A stretch of 64,000 nt of DNA from an uncultured Acidobacteriota bacterium. Lineage in GTDB: Bacteria > Acidobacteriota > Terriglobia > Acidiferrales > UBA7541. The notes under the pieces were generated by a model, which worked only from the letters and a program-made list of their open reading frames with translations, did no database searches and had not been told where the DNA came from. Both the position numbers and the translations under genes were made by a program. Within the stretch, counting starts at the first letter, position 1; the number at the start of each line of letters is the position of its first letter. The DNA lies in contig CAWBIY010000001.1 in assembly GCA_963788915.1 (NCBI GenBank), positions 16,470 through 80,469 on the forward strand, given 5' to 3'. Below are positions 20,416-30,800 of this stretch, one piece after another.

Positions 20416-20952
20416 ATGAATTGCTGGAAGCGAACTGCATTTTGGTGCATGACAATATTAGCCGTGGTCAGCCTTTCCACTTTGGCGCAAGCTCAAACAA
20501 ATCCGTTTACGAAGGCGCAGGTGGGCGACCGCATCCGTAAAGTGGAAGACGGCGTGGACCAATTCCAAAAGTATCTCGAAAACCGTGGACAAAACGCCAA
20601 GAACCGCGCCGACTCGGCACAAAGCAGCGGAGCGACAACGCGCCGCCAGCGTTCGGATTCAGCGAACACAGACGCTCGGACAAACCAAGCCAATCAAACA
20701 AAAGACGATCTCGAAAATGCCATGGACGATTTGAATCGCACAACAAACCGTCTTCGGCGCAAGTTCGACCCCACGTCGAATTATCTCGAAACAAAGGCAC
20801 AAATGGAGCAGGTCATGGACAGCGCACGCCGCGTGAATCAGGTGATGACCAAGGGGAATTACGGTAGTCAGGCAGAAAAATACTGGGCCGCTTTGCGCGC
20901 GAATATCAATGACCTTGCGCGATGCTACAACTTGACTCCCATGGGCGCGTAG
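20416..20952 (+). CDS. Secreted helical hypothetical protein
   Basis: GGAGG RBS, signal peptide (AQA), helical low-complexity body. Confidence 0.7.
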   Translation: MNCWKRTAFWCMTILAVVSLSTLAQAQTNPFTKAQVGDRIRKVEDGVDQFQKYLENRGQNAKNRADSAQSSGATTRRQRSDSANTDARTNQANQTKDDLENAMDDLNRTTNRLRRKFDPTSNYLETKAQMEQVMDSARRVNQVMTKGNYGSQAEKYWAALRANINDLARCYNLTPMGA

Positions 20953-20971
20953 GTCACCGAAAGTCTGATTA

Positions 20972-21515
20972 ACGCTGCCAGTTCAGACGGTCGATGCAAC
21001 ACTGGCTTGCAGTTTACTCGCCGGAGTCTGAAAACCTAAAGTCTGTCTAGCGCGCTGATTTAAGCGCAGTGCGACCCGATCGAGCTGTGCCTGAGAGTAG
21101 ACAGATAGGTTGGTTCCTCGCGGGAAGTATTGCCTTAAAAGGAGGTTGGTGTTTTCGTTCGTGCCGCGCTGCCAGGGACTTTGCGGATCGCAGAAATAGA
21201 CCTGCACATCCGTAGCTACCGTAAAGTCCTGGTGTCTCGCCATCTCCAGTCCGCGGTCCCACGTCAGCGAGCGCCGCAGGGTAGCGGGGAGTTTACGAAT
21301 ATGCCGACTCAATGCCGTCACCACCACTGCGGAGTCTTTGCTGGGCACCTTGATCAGCATGGCAAAGCGTGAATGACGCTCCACTAACGTCACGATGTGA
21401 CTGTTCCGTGAGCCGCTTAACAGATCGCCCTCCCAATGACCAGGGACCGCGCGGTCCGCAACTTCAGCGGGTCTTTCCCGGATCGAGATGGCTTTGGGAA
21501 TTTGACCGCGCGGGT
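20972..21515 (-). mobile_element. IS30-family transposase, 3' half only
   Basis: ISIRERPAEVADRAVPGHWEGD...TLVERHSR...PWQRGTNENTNLLLRQYFPRG...VASTV*. Confidence 0.85.
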
Positions 21516-21519
21516 GTCG

Positions 21520-22268
21520 GCATCGAGACCAGCAGCAGCGCTGATCACCATGTTGTGAAAGGACAGCTCGAACGGAAGAAGAAGCAGGTCGAGATTCGCG
21601 GGCTAAACAGAAATTATAATCACGATCTGAAAAATCTTTTCAAGGGAGCGGCGATCGTCGCCGCGACCAAGCCCGGTCCCTTCGCGGAGTTCTATGCGGA
21701 ATTGTTGGCTAAAGGCATGCGGCAGGAAATGGCGCGGCTGACCCTGGCCAGGAAGATTGCCACCATCGTTCTGATCGTGTGGAAGAGAGGAGTGCGCTTC
21801 GACGCCCAACATCTGAAACCACAAACAGCTTGAGTGTTTCTGAGCGCTTCCGCTCCATCCCGGGGATCTCTCTGGCGGTGGCCGTCAAGTTCTCGAGACA
21901 CTCTGGTTCGAGAGCAAGTCTCAGCCGATAAGTTAGACGCTGCGTGCTTCGCGCACCCAGTCTCACACCCGACGCTAGGCCCTCTCGGATAACCAGAAAA
22001 AGCTATGGGCCACGAGTCCCGGATAGAACTATGGTCGCCAACTGACCGAGATTCTGCTTTGCTGGTTTCGGGACTGACCGGCTTCGTTGCGAACCGGCAA
22101 TGAAAACCGCTGGTAGCGAAAACCCAAACCGCCGGGCCACCGTGTCCAGCAACCGAGCACCTGGCGCGGCAGGTCAGAACAGATCCTGCTCAATCAATTG
22201 GGCTGCGAAGCGAGAAAACGTCCAGCCATTAGAGATGTGTCTTTTCTTGACTTCTACCTTTATAGAAC
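21520..22268 (+). mobile_element. IS110-family element A, 5'-truncated (transposase tail 21520-21833, long 3' NCR, right end)
   Basis: RGLNRNYNHDLKNLFKGAA...ARKIA; ends CTTGACTTCTACCTTTATAG|AAC; highly similar to element B. Confidence 0.85.
21834..22265 (+). ncRNA. Putative bridge/seekRNA-encoding non-coding region of IS110 element A
   Basis: CCGATAAGTT (21925-21934) is the reverse complement of junction AACTTATCGG (22266-22275); ATAGAACT (22023-22030) equals the element end. Confidence 0.65.
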
Positions 22269-22280
22269 TTATCGGGAGTT

Positions 22281-22556
22281 AGGGGCCGGGGAGCGCGAGG
22301 ATACTGCGCCGTGCGGGAAGGCATCGCTGTGAAAACCGTGTGGCCAGGGCTTGCCATCCATACTGACTCCCCGATGAGTGCTGCCAGGATCGCGGAAGTG
22401 TTCGTCGAGCACCAACGATCCGGTTTGTGCGTCAAAGTTCCCAAGTCTTTGGCGCGGTAGGTTCGAACCGATCAGGCTCATTCACGTGGGCTGGGAAGCA
22501 AGAAAAGCTCGGGTCGATGCAGTTGTGTTTTTTCTTGACTTCCCGTTTTGTAGAAC
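22281..22556 (+). mobile_element. Right-end remnant of a related IS110 element (D)
   Basis: Ends GTGTTTTTTCTTGACTTCCCGTTTTGTAG|AACTTAGCAGG, homologous to the ends of A and B. Confidence 0.6.
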
Positions 22557-22978
22557 TTAGCAGGAACTGGCTTCTCGGGTGTGCGATCACCACGCATTTG
22601 CAGAATAAGTGCCTCAATGAAATATTCGACCCAGCTACGCAGCGTACCCTTGCCAATTTCCAACCCGTGCCAGAACTGCGGCATCGGGGTGGAGAATCTA
22701 AACGTAACATAGCTGCCCGCAGGCTGCGCCACAACGGATACGACGACACACTCTTGCGTCTGATCGTTGGCTTGGTTCGTTGCCATGATTCGCTGGCCGG
22801 GTTCGACACTACTCGCCATCCAGATCAATCCGCCAGTTTCATTGATGGAGATCGTAAAGGTCTCCTCGTAAAACGGATCGCCACCTAGCAGAGAGCCGTA
22901 GATGAACAAAGGGAGATGGGCAGCAATCCGGCTCGTCGCGCGGCGATCGGTGTGTTCGGCAGCGGATGTTTCCGTCAT
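22478..22978 (-). CDS. Degenerate PilZ-like protein; C-terminus runs into IS end D
   Basis: DRRATSR...EETFTISINETGGLI...FRFSTPMPQFW. Confidence 0.6.
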   Translation of the reverse strand: MTETSAAEHTDRRATSRIAAHLPLFIYGSLLGGDPFYEETFTISINETGGLIWMASSVEPGQRIMATNQANDQTQECVVVSVVAQPAGSYVTFRFSTPMPQFWHGLEIGKGTLRSWVEYFIEALILQMRGDRTPEKPVPAKFYKTGSQEKTQLHRPELFLLPSPRE

Positions 22979-23296
22979 TTTGGTGTCCTTGCGCTGGAGC
23001 GCAATAACTCGACTCAATTTACGGCGGCGTCCAAAGCAGGTCTACTGGTCGAAGGAACAGTTCGGAAAAAATTGGGTGGCAGGCCTTGAGCCGCGAGGAC
23101 TTCGGCCAAAGGCAGCCGAAAGCGATGGTACTCCAGGGACGTGGGACACATGGGCAGGCGAAAATACAAGTCGCACTGGCTGTTCGACCAGTTGAAGTTC
23201 CCCTGACGCTGAGAGACTATTCCGGCAGTTCTCCAGAATTCGAAGGATGACTCGCAACGGCCTTTATCAATGTGGATGGGGGACTAGGAGGGTCTA

Positions 23297-24613
23297 GTGT
23301 CATCTAGTCAGGTCGCACCCGCACAAAAACGGCGCAGCTCGCGCATTTCCAAAGCCATGATGCTGGCAGTGAAGAGCGTAGATACCTCCCGTCCACCCTA
23401 TCGGGAGGAAGTTACGACAGGCTCGATTAGTTGTCACGGTTGCACCTACAAGATGAGACATGAGCCTCGTCCTGGCGAGATGGTGGTTCTGGATACGGGA
23501 CTCTCGACAGGCCACTCTGGATTCCCCAGCATGGCACGGGTGAAATCGATACAGAGGCTAAACACCTCCAACGATCCAACGTACAACGTGGGCGTGGAGC
23601 TGGAAATCGCCGGCAATATCTGGGGGATTTCGTCACCGCCAGCAGATTGGTTTCCCCGGCAATCAGGCAATTTCGCAGAGTCCGCGAGTCACGGACGACA
23701 ATCGGGGCTCATAGCGCGGACCGAACCGCAACGGGCTCTGGCCCGGACCGAAGCTGCTACACCGGTTCCCGTCTTGAAGAAAAACGAGGCGGCCGCCGTA
23801 CTGTCACCTTGGTTTGCCAACCTGATGAACGCCTTAAGCAATCAGGTTCAAACAGCGGTCTGTGAAATTGCAGCAGCGACGTTAGCCGATGAAAGGAAAC
23901 GTCTGCTGGACGAGTTTCGTTTTCAGATTCAGAACGAGGCGATCGGAACGATTGAGCATGTGATCGCGACCTCGAAAGAGGAATTGGCCCGGCGCGGGCT
24001 GAAAGTACTGAGCGAGGGGGCGCAGGCCATCGTCAAAAACAGCCAAGGGAGCTTAGTTGGGGCTATCGAGCGACACCTTGAAAATGCCCAGCAGAACCTC
24101 GACACCATGGCGACTGGCACGGTTGAGCGGGTGGAACGCAACTTGGAAACCTCACGCACCAAAGCAACGGAGCGCTTCGTATTGCGGCTGCGAGAGCAGG
24201 TGGCGCCCGTGATGGAAGAAGCGAGAGCGGACTTTCAGAAACTGGTGGCATCTCAGACCGTTTTCAAGCAAGAATCGCAGGCAATTTACAGACGAGTCAC
24301 GGACCAACTGGAAAGTGACGCGAACGCACGATTGCTTCAGACTCACGACCAGTTGGAGAAAAACTCCACTTTCGTTGTGAACGAGTGTAACGAAAAGATG
24401 CTTGAGCTTTCGCAAGCGTTCGAGAAGATCACGCGAGATAGCGCACAGAACATGATCGCGTCGGCTACGGACCAAGGCAATAAGAACCTGGAAGAAAGAG
24501 CTGCCGAGATATCCAGCCATTTCACGGGTCAGTTGGAAGGCCATGTCCGCAGTTATCTCGAATTCATTGGGGAGTCGATTAGAGAGTTTCCAAAGAAACC
24601 TCCGGCCGCTTAA
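23297..24613 (+). CDS. PilZ-like N-terminal domain plus long coiled coil
   Basis: KRRSSR...SISCHGC...VGVELEIAGNIWGISSPPADW followed by a heptad-rich region. Confidence 0.7.
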   Translation: MSSSQVAPAQKRRSSRISKAMMLAVKSVDTSRPPYREEVTTGSISCHGCTYKMRHEPRPGEMVVLDTGLSTGHSGFPSMARVKSIQRLNTSNDPTYNVGVELEIAGNIWGISSPPADWFPRQSGNFAESASHGRQSGLIARTEPQRALARTEAATPVPVLKKNEAAAVLSPWFANLMNALSNQVQTAVCEIAAATLADERKRLLDEFRFQIQNEAIGTIEHVIATSKEELARRGLKVLSEGAQAIVKNSQGSLVGAIERHLENAQQNLDTMATGTVERVERNLETSRTKATERFVLRLREQVAPVMEEARADFQKLVASQTVFKQESQAIYRRVTDQLESDANARLLQTHDQLEKNSTFVVNECNEKMLELSQAFEKITRDSAQNMIASATDQGNKNLEERAAEISSHFTGQLEGHVRSYLEFIGESIREFPKKPPAA

Positions 24614-24736
24614 GGCCGTTTGTACTGCTGGGAGCCTCACCCTTGCGTCGTTGGCGGATGCAAGGGAGGGCGAATACCCGCGGAACTGATTTTCCGGCGA
24701 CGACCTTCTCGATCGCTCGCGCGACACGTTGAGGGT

Positions 24737-24960
24737 TTATTGCTCCAGGGGGCTAGTCTGAAATCTTCCCATGCCGCTTAGCTGTACGACGACAGTGCCT
24801 TCCTTCGCTGCCACAAAATGAGGAACGCCGGCGGGAATGATGATGAAACTACCTGCGGGGTAGCCAGTTAGCTTCGCTGAGTCGAATTTTGTTCCCTTGC
24901 CCAGATACCAAGTGCCTTCGATCACCGTCACTAGTTCGTACCATTTTGTGACGATGAGAA
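24737..24960 (-). pseudogene. C-terminal half of a cupin-domain protein
   Basis: ELVTVIEGTWYLG.G..FD...PAGSF..IPAGVPHF; N-terminus replaced next to dyad site copy 4. Confidence 0.6.
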
Positions 24961-24974
24961 GGCTAGCTGACCCT

Positions 24975-25003
24975 GTGCCTGGTAAACGCGAAACCGGAAA
25001 CTT
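24975..25003 (+). repeat. Dyad site, copy 4 (GTGCCTGGTAAACGCGAAACCGGAAACTT)
   Basis: Same family of arms. Confidence 0.65.
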
Positions 25004-25027
25004 GGGTTCCGGCAAGCAGATGGACGA

Positions 25028-25258
25028 CTACCGCAAAGCATTCCAAGCAAGAACGAGCACAACGAAAGCAAAAACCGCTCCCCAGGCAACGACGAAAGCC
25101 ATCAACACCTTTTTCGCCGGCTTTCGCCATACCTCCCTTTGCGGCTCACGAATGGATAGCAAGGCGTAGAACAGCAAGGGGAAGCCAAGTAATATTTTAG
25201 CCGCAGTCCACCAGTTTCCTCTGGTCATGAAAGGCAATGTACACCCGTTATTCTGCAA
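25028..25258 (-). CDS. Small two-TM hypothetical protein
   Basis: Two hydrophobic segments; lies between dyad sites 4 and 5. Confidence 0.4.
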   Translation of the reverse strand: MQNNGCTLPFMTRGNWWTAAKILLGFPLLFYALLSIREPQREVWRKPAKKVLMAFVVAWGAVFAFVVLVLAWNALR

Positions 25259-25292
25259 TCGGAAGAGCGGCCATCTGGAAGTCTCTCGCTCA

Positions 25293-25323
25293 AGTCCTGG
25301 TTAACGCGCAAACCGGACAAGTC
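25293..25323 (+). repeat. Dyad site, copy 5 (AGTCCTGGTTAACGCGCAAACCGGACAAGTC), abutting the right end of IS110 C
   Basis: GTCC(T)GGTT...AACCGGAC dyad. Confidence 0.75.
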
Positions 25324-26357
25324 CTATAAAAAGGAATGTCAAGATAAAAGCCCTCCCTTCCGGTCCGATGCCGGTCCTTTTCGCCTAGTTGGGCATTCAG
25401 CCCAACTGTTTGAACGTGCTCCCTCGAGGTTCCATTTCGCTGTCGTGACGGCGTCAATCGTTTTCTGAAACAACAAGCCTGACGGTTGTCCACGGGATGA
25501 GTGGCAACGCCTGGTCCTATTGGAGACTCGCGGCCTAGGGCTTTCTTCGATTGTCCGAGAGGGCCTAGGGTGGATTCGGAGACGCGCGGGCTTAAAGCAC
25601 GGGCCTGACTTGTCCGATGGATACTTCCCCTCGAAACCGAGCGTCTCAAGAAGCCGACGGCCACCGCCAGGAATGGTTCCCAGGAGGACCGGACTCTTTG
25701 CCAGAGACGCTCAAGCTGCTTGTGGTTTCAAATAGTTGGCGTCGAAACGGACCTCCTTGTTCCAGACGATCAACGTGATCGCGGCAATCTGCCTCGCCAA
25801 GGTCCGGCGCGCCATCGTGGGCTTCCTTCCTTTGGCCAACAAAGCCTCATAGAAATCGCGGAGTGGTCCACTACGGCTGCTGACTCTTGTTGCTGCACCC
25901 TTAGAGATATCTTTGAGGTCGTGGTTGTGGTCCTTATTGAGGCCACGCAGCGTTACCGATTTCTTGGAGCGATTTAGCTGTCCATCCACAAGGCGGTATG
26001 GCGCACTGTCATGCGTTTCTAATCCCAGACCACTGTAGGTCCACAGCTGTCGCTGGGTGCGGAATCGGTGGGGTGTCTGGAGGAGTGCGACCAACAGAGC
26101 TGACCGGATCGGACCGCTCCCCGGAATCAGGCGCAATAGTTTCCACGCCTTGTGTTTTCTGCTCTCGGCCAGGAGATCGCGTCGCACTTCCTGGCGCAAC
26201 AGCCGTAAGACATCGAGCTGTTGGTCGTAGTGTTCGGCGCGTCGCCGGACGCCGGCTTCGGTGATCTTGCTGAGCCATTCCGAACGGTGGCGTGGTGCAT
26301 ACACTTCGTTGCCGGCACACGGAATGCCCCAACTGCGATACAACGCCTTGAGCGCCT
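25321..26357 (-). mobile_element. IS110-family element C, 5'-truncated (transposase C-half 25711-26357, NCR 25324-25710)
   Basis: YRSWGIPCAG...QTPHRFRTQRQLWTYSGLG...ARQIA; right end CTTGACATTCCTTTTTATAG|GAC. Confidence 0.85.
25324..25710 (-). ncRNA. Putative bridge/seekRNA region of IS110 C
   Basis: CGGACAAGTC (25616-25607) is the reverse complement of junction GACTTGTCCG; ATAGGAC (25520-25514) equals the element end. Confidence 0.65.
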
Positions 26358-27735
26358 GGACTTTATCCACGGGCTTCGCGGAGAGTTGCAGGTCACTTTT
26401 GAAGAAGGAACCTGGGCGACCTGGTTGTACGATCTGCTGAAACCGCACGTAACGAAACTGGTGGTGTGCGATCCGCGGAAGAATAGCAGACAGGGGAATA
26501 AGAATGACCGGATCGATGCACGCGAGCTGTCCGACCGGTTGTACATGAACAAGCTCAGCTCGGTCTATCACGGCGGCGCAGGAGTCCGCACGCTGAAGGA
26601 ACTGGCACGCAGCTATCTGACCATCAGCAAAGATCTCGCACGAGTCATGACCCGGGTGAAGGCGATCTATCGCAGTTGGGGTATTCCTTGTGCCGGCAAG
26701 CAAGTCTATGCGCCGCGTCATCGTGCCGAGTGGCTGGCGAAGATCACCGAGGTGGGGGTGCTTCGCCGGGCCGAGTTTTACTACCAGCAACTCGATGCCC
26801 TGAGGTCGTTGCGCCACGAAGTACGGCGCGATCTGTTAGCCGAGAGTAAGAAGCACAAGGCGAGCGAAACTGCTCTGCCAGATCCCTTCGATCGGTCCGA
26901 TCCGGGCGGCGCTGTTGATCGCGCTGATCCAGACACCGCACCGCTTCCGCACCAAGCGACCACTCTGGAAATACAGCGGTTTTGCCATCGAAACGCACAG
27001 CAGTGCCGATTACCGTAAAGTCCAAGGACAGCTAGAACGAACCAAGAAGCAAGTTTCGGTTCGTGGACTCAACCGAGACTGCAATCACGATCTGAAGAAT
27101 CTGTTTAAGAGCGCCGCCACCATCGCTTCGGTCAAACCGGGTCCGTTCCAGGAGTTCTACGCGGCCTTGGTGGCCAAAGGGATGAGACCGGAGATGGCAC
27201 GCCTGACCCTGGCGAGAAAGATTGCCACGATCGTATTGATCGTATGGAAGAAAGGAGTGAGCTTCGACGCCAAATATCTGAAACCACAAACAGCTTGAGT
27301 GTCTCTGATCGAGTCCGCTCCATCCCGGGGATCTTCTCTGGCGGTGGCCGTCAGGTTCTCGAGACACTCTGGTTCGAGAGCGAGTCTCAGCTGATAAGTT
27401 AGGCGCTGCGTGCTTCGGGCACCTAGTCTCACAGCCGACCCTAGGCCCTCTCGGACAACCAGAAAAAGCTATGGGCCACGAGTCCCGGATAGAACTATGG
27501 TCGCCAAATTTGACCACGTTCTGCTTTGTTGGTTTCGGAACTGACAGGCTTCGTTGCGAAGAAGCGATGAAAACCGCTGGTAGAGAAAACCCCAACCGCT
27601 GGGCCACACTGCCCAGCAACCGAGCACTTGGTGCGGACGGTCAGAACAGATCCTGCTCCATCAAGTGGGCTGCGAAGCAAGAAAAATTCCGGCCAATGCA
27701 GAAGTGTTTTTTCTTGACTTCTACCTTTATAGAAC
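26358..27735 (+). mobile_element. IS110-family element B, 5'-truncated, transposase frameshifted near 26868
   Basis: VTFEEG...KNDRIDA (RuvC-like DEDD part), C-terminal domain, NCR, end CTTGACTTCTACCTTTATAG|AAC. Confidence 0.88.
27299..27732 (+). ncRNA. Putative bridge/seekRNA region of IS110 B
   Basis: CTGATAAGTT (27391-27400) is a 9/10 match to the reverse complement of junction AACTTACCAG; ATAGAACT at 27489-27496. Confidence 0.6.
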
Positions 27736-27932
27736 TTACCAGGACTTGAGAAGGTTCAGTCCGCTGGGAGCAACGTCAACCTCAGAGCGTCTTTCTCGAA
27801 ACCTCCGCGCTTCAGCCAGCAATCGACACTCCGCAAAATTGGCACTCTTCTCTGTGCAGCGGGGTTACATATTCCGTTACGGAAACTGACGGCTCGCGGC
27901 ATCCAATATCTTGCGTTCGCTATAATTAACGC

Positions 27933-28901
27933 GTGTCGAAACGCCATTGCACAAGCCGCGCTGAGTGGCGGCTTCAGACTGGAAAGCCCGCGGAGGCCCT
28001 TTCTGCACATTACCGACTCGACTGCGACTACGGAACCGCAGTCATAACTTGCTGGGAGGAAGCCGGGAGTGAGCCGATCTACGTGTGTGAAAGTCACGCG
28101 AAACAGCTGGGCCGCTCTCGCGATCATTGCCCGGACGTCCGCATCATAACGGCTCAATCGGACCACTGCGACAATCCGATAAAAGGTGAGGATCGAACCC
28201 CAAGTCAGGAGGTCGCTGAGATAAAGCCGAAGGGCTCCGCTTCGTCGGAAGCTGCGCGCAGTCTTGCGGATATAAAGGCTGGACGAGCAATGATCGATCC
28301 ATCCGTCAGATCCCCTGTCCGCGACCTGACATATGGAAATTCGGCAAAGGCTATGGTGGACGAAGCTATTTGGAATCTGGCAACCGGGGACTACCAGGTT
28401 TACAGAACCGCGCTACAGCAAGGGAAGTCCGCTAGCGAGGCGGCACAAGCCGCTGGCGGGCAGTTGGCGGTTATCCACCGTAAAATCAGCGATTACACGC
28501 TTAAACTAGAAGCTGTCCTCTCAGAATCAAAAGCTACAATCAATGTAGGAGAAGCCATAGATAAACCACTCGAACACGCCGTGCTTGAAATTATCAGCAG
28601 TGGCACAACGACCGACTCGGAAAAGGACGCTGCCATTGAGCAACTCGGTACGCTTCAAGAATGGGTTAAACACGGTCTGCGCGGAGACATAACTCCCCTG
28701 CAAGCGAACCGAATCATGCTGGCTATTGGTGACCGCCTAAACTGGGGAGGAACTACCGACGTTTCGGAGAAATCCAAGGCGGTCTATCGGGCGCTATACG
28801 GTAGCCTGAAAACTGCAATTCGTACCGCCGTTCCTGAGACGCAAAATCTTCACGATCGACTGACCAACTTGTACACGGCCAAGTCTGACTTGAAAGAGTA
28901 A
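27933..28901 (+). CDS. Hypothetical protein (Cys/His-rich N-terminus, helical C-terminus)
   Basis: 322-aa ORF; no recognisable family. Confidence 0.6.
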   Translation: MSKRHCTSRAEWRLQTGKPAEALSAHYRLDCDYGTAVITCWEEAGSEPIYVCESHAKQLGRSRDHCPDVRIITAQSDHCDNPIKGEDRTPSQEVAEIKPKGSASSEAARSLADIKAGRAMIDPSVRSPVRDLTYGNSAKAMVDEAIWNLATGDYQVYRTALQQGKSASEAAQAAGGQLAVIHRKISDYTLKLEAVLSESKATINVGEAIDKPLEHAVLEIISSGTTTDSEKDAAIEQLGTLQEWVKHGLRGDITPLQANRIMLAIGDRLNWGGTTDVSEKSKAVYRALYGSLKTAIRTAVPETQNLHDRLTNLYTAKSDLKE

Positions 28902-29389
28902 CCGCCACGACATCTCCGGCCGTTCGTACAGGTAGGCACGAGAGTTACATGGTGGAGAGAATGGGTTCTCAGCCGGGAGGACGAGATGATCACAGTAGTC
29001 GAAATCGTGGTCGGGCTGCTGATTTACACGGCTATCGCGAAATGGCGCAAGAGGCAGGAAGAAAAACAGGAGGATCAAGAATACGCGGCGGAACTCTCTC
29101 GAAACTGGGAGCGACACCCCTGGATGTACTCACACTGACCTGTTTGGACGCCGACCGGGTAAGAACGCGACGAGAAGACGGCGGCTGCCGCGACGACGCT
29201 CGTCTTAGTACCGCGCTTGGTCGAGCCCGACTTACCATCCAAGAGGTTCGAAAACCTAGACCACCGCGGGTCCCAGGACGGGGATTCATACAAGCGGCGC
29301 GTTCCTCAACTGGCGTTTGTTGTCAGTCTTTTTGACCACAGCCGTGCTGGGCCGTCTTTAAGGTTAATTCTTTGCTTTAATACCCAGGC

Positions 29390-29710
29390 TTGGTGTATGT
29401 TCCCAAAATGCTGCGACGGCGGTCGATATCGGCCAAGGTGTTGGTTCCGGTCATAGCTAGTATGCTCTTGTGCTGCATGGTGGCGTCTGAGCTCCCCGAA
29501 CTTCTGTCATTAACGGACAATGCCTCCAACGATTTCTCGATTCACAGATCTGATTCTGCGCCGATTTTGAGTGTTGCGAGTCAAACACCAATTCCGGTGG
29601 ATATGAGGGATTCCGAATCCGGCACGCACCTTTGCCGGGCCGGTACCTTTGGGCGTGCAAAGCCTTCTTCGTCTGAGTCGTTCGATCTTCACTCCGTTCT
29701 TCGCAGATAG
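29390..29710 (+). CDS. Small hypothetical protein
   Basis: Hydrophobic segment then ELPELLSLTDNASNDF. Confidence 0.4.
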   Translation: MVYVPKMLRRRSISAKVLVPVIASMLLCCMVASELPELLSLTDNASNDFSIHRSDSAPILSVASQTPIPVDMRDSESGTHLCRAGTFGRAKPSSSESFDLHSVLRR

Positions 29711-29858
29711 AGCTCCCCTCCCCGTATCTCAAGAAGCAGTCTCGACGCTCTAAGTTGCGGCGACTGTTGATTTGCACTGCGCTTTCAACCGGGAGGTTAT
29801 TCTTCCTGAGCGTCCACCCGTAAACTTCTACTCAACCGGAGCCGTGGGAGGGCAAGAG

Positions 29859-30098
29859 ATGTGTAAGTCATGCGGATCAAACTGGCAGAAGAAATTCACG
29901 GGAGAGATCGCCATCCATTTTCCCGGAGTGAAAGGTATTGAAAAGCCCATCGTCTGGGTCTTTCCGGACGTGTTGGTTTGCTTGAACTGTGGGAGCGCGG
30001 AATTTGCAGTCCCTGAAGCCGAATTGCGTGTACTTGTAACAGGTGAGACCGAGCAGCGGAAAGAGTTGCTCCTTGGATCATCGAAGCCGCACTTCTAG
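29859..30098 (+). CDS. Small CxxC...CxxC (zinc-ribbon-like) acidobacterial protein
   Basis: MCKSCGS...EIAIHFPG...LVCLNCGSAEF.VPE.ELR. Confidence 0.7.
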   Translation: MCKSCGSNWQKKFTGEIAIHFPGVKGIEKPIVWVFPDVLVCLNCGSAEFAVPEAELRVLVTGETEQRKELLLGSSKPHF

Positions 30099-30150
30099 CG
30101 CCCGCGAATCGCGAGATAACCGAAATACGGCGACATGGGCGGGCGCGGCG

Positions 30151-30290
30151 TTAGTGGTACCGACCTGCCGGATGATAGGAAATGAAGATATGCCCCGCCA
30201 GCGCCTCGCGAATGGCTGGTACGAGCTCAGTGATCATCCGGGACTTCACAACGTATCCTAAAGCACCCGCGTCATTTGCGAGTAGCCCTT
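30151..30290 (-). pseudogene. C-terminal fragment of a receiver (REC) domain
   Basis: AGALGYVVKSRMITELVPAIREALAGHIFIS. Confidence 0.55.
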
Positions 30291-30513
30291 GACTCGCTCC
30301 CAACTGGCCGCATGCGTACGCGTTGCGTCCAAAAAGGGCGAACGCGCGCATCATTCTGGTTCCGAATGAGTACGGCTCTTCGCGGCGACAGGGAGAGCCA
30401 TTTATGCATCACGCAACCCCCTAAGCCGCTCCTTTTCGCGGCGCGCTCCGTGTCCTATACGGCTAGGATGGTGCTGGCACAGCCCGACCGCGGTGGCTTG
30501 CAAGCAGCGACTT

Positions 30514-30800
30514 TTCACACGTTGCGCACATACTTAACTCCGCTCAACAAACTCCTGAAGGATTGGCTTAGGTCGTTTCCTAATGTGGGTCCGCTGCCAT
30601 GCATTCTTCAAGAAACAGTGGACTGGCTCAAAGATCTCAAAGATAAAGACAAAGCGAAGGAATCCTGTTTGGTACGCCGGTAGGGCCGACGCCGTCACCG
30701 GGCTGGCGAACGGCGGCGGAAACCCAGCGGTCTTGAAAACGTGCCGGAAATAATCGGGTTGAATGTTTTCAATCGCTTGCAGGGGTACTGGTTGGGGCAA
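30514..30800 (+). repeat. About 290-bp direct repeat, copy 1 (copy 2 about 35129-35410; partial copy 3 about 35935-36025)
   Basis: Shared blocks such as TGCATTCT(T/C)CAAGAAACAGTGGACTGGCTCAAAGAT and GGTACGCCGGTAGGGCCGACGCCGTCACCGGGCTGGCGAACGGCGGC. Confidence 0.9.

Noticed and set aside
30720-30742. CAGCGGTCTTGAAAAC in the direct repeats resembles the tRNA-Ser(TGA) anticodon arm
   Set aside because: No acceptor stem, T-arm or paired anticodon stem around it; cannot be called a tRNA or att site
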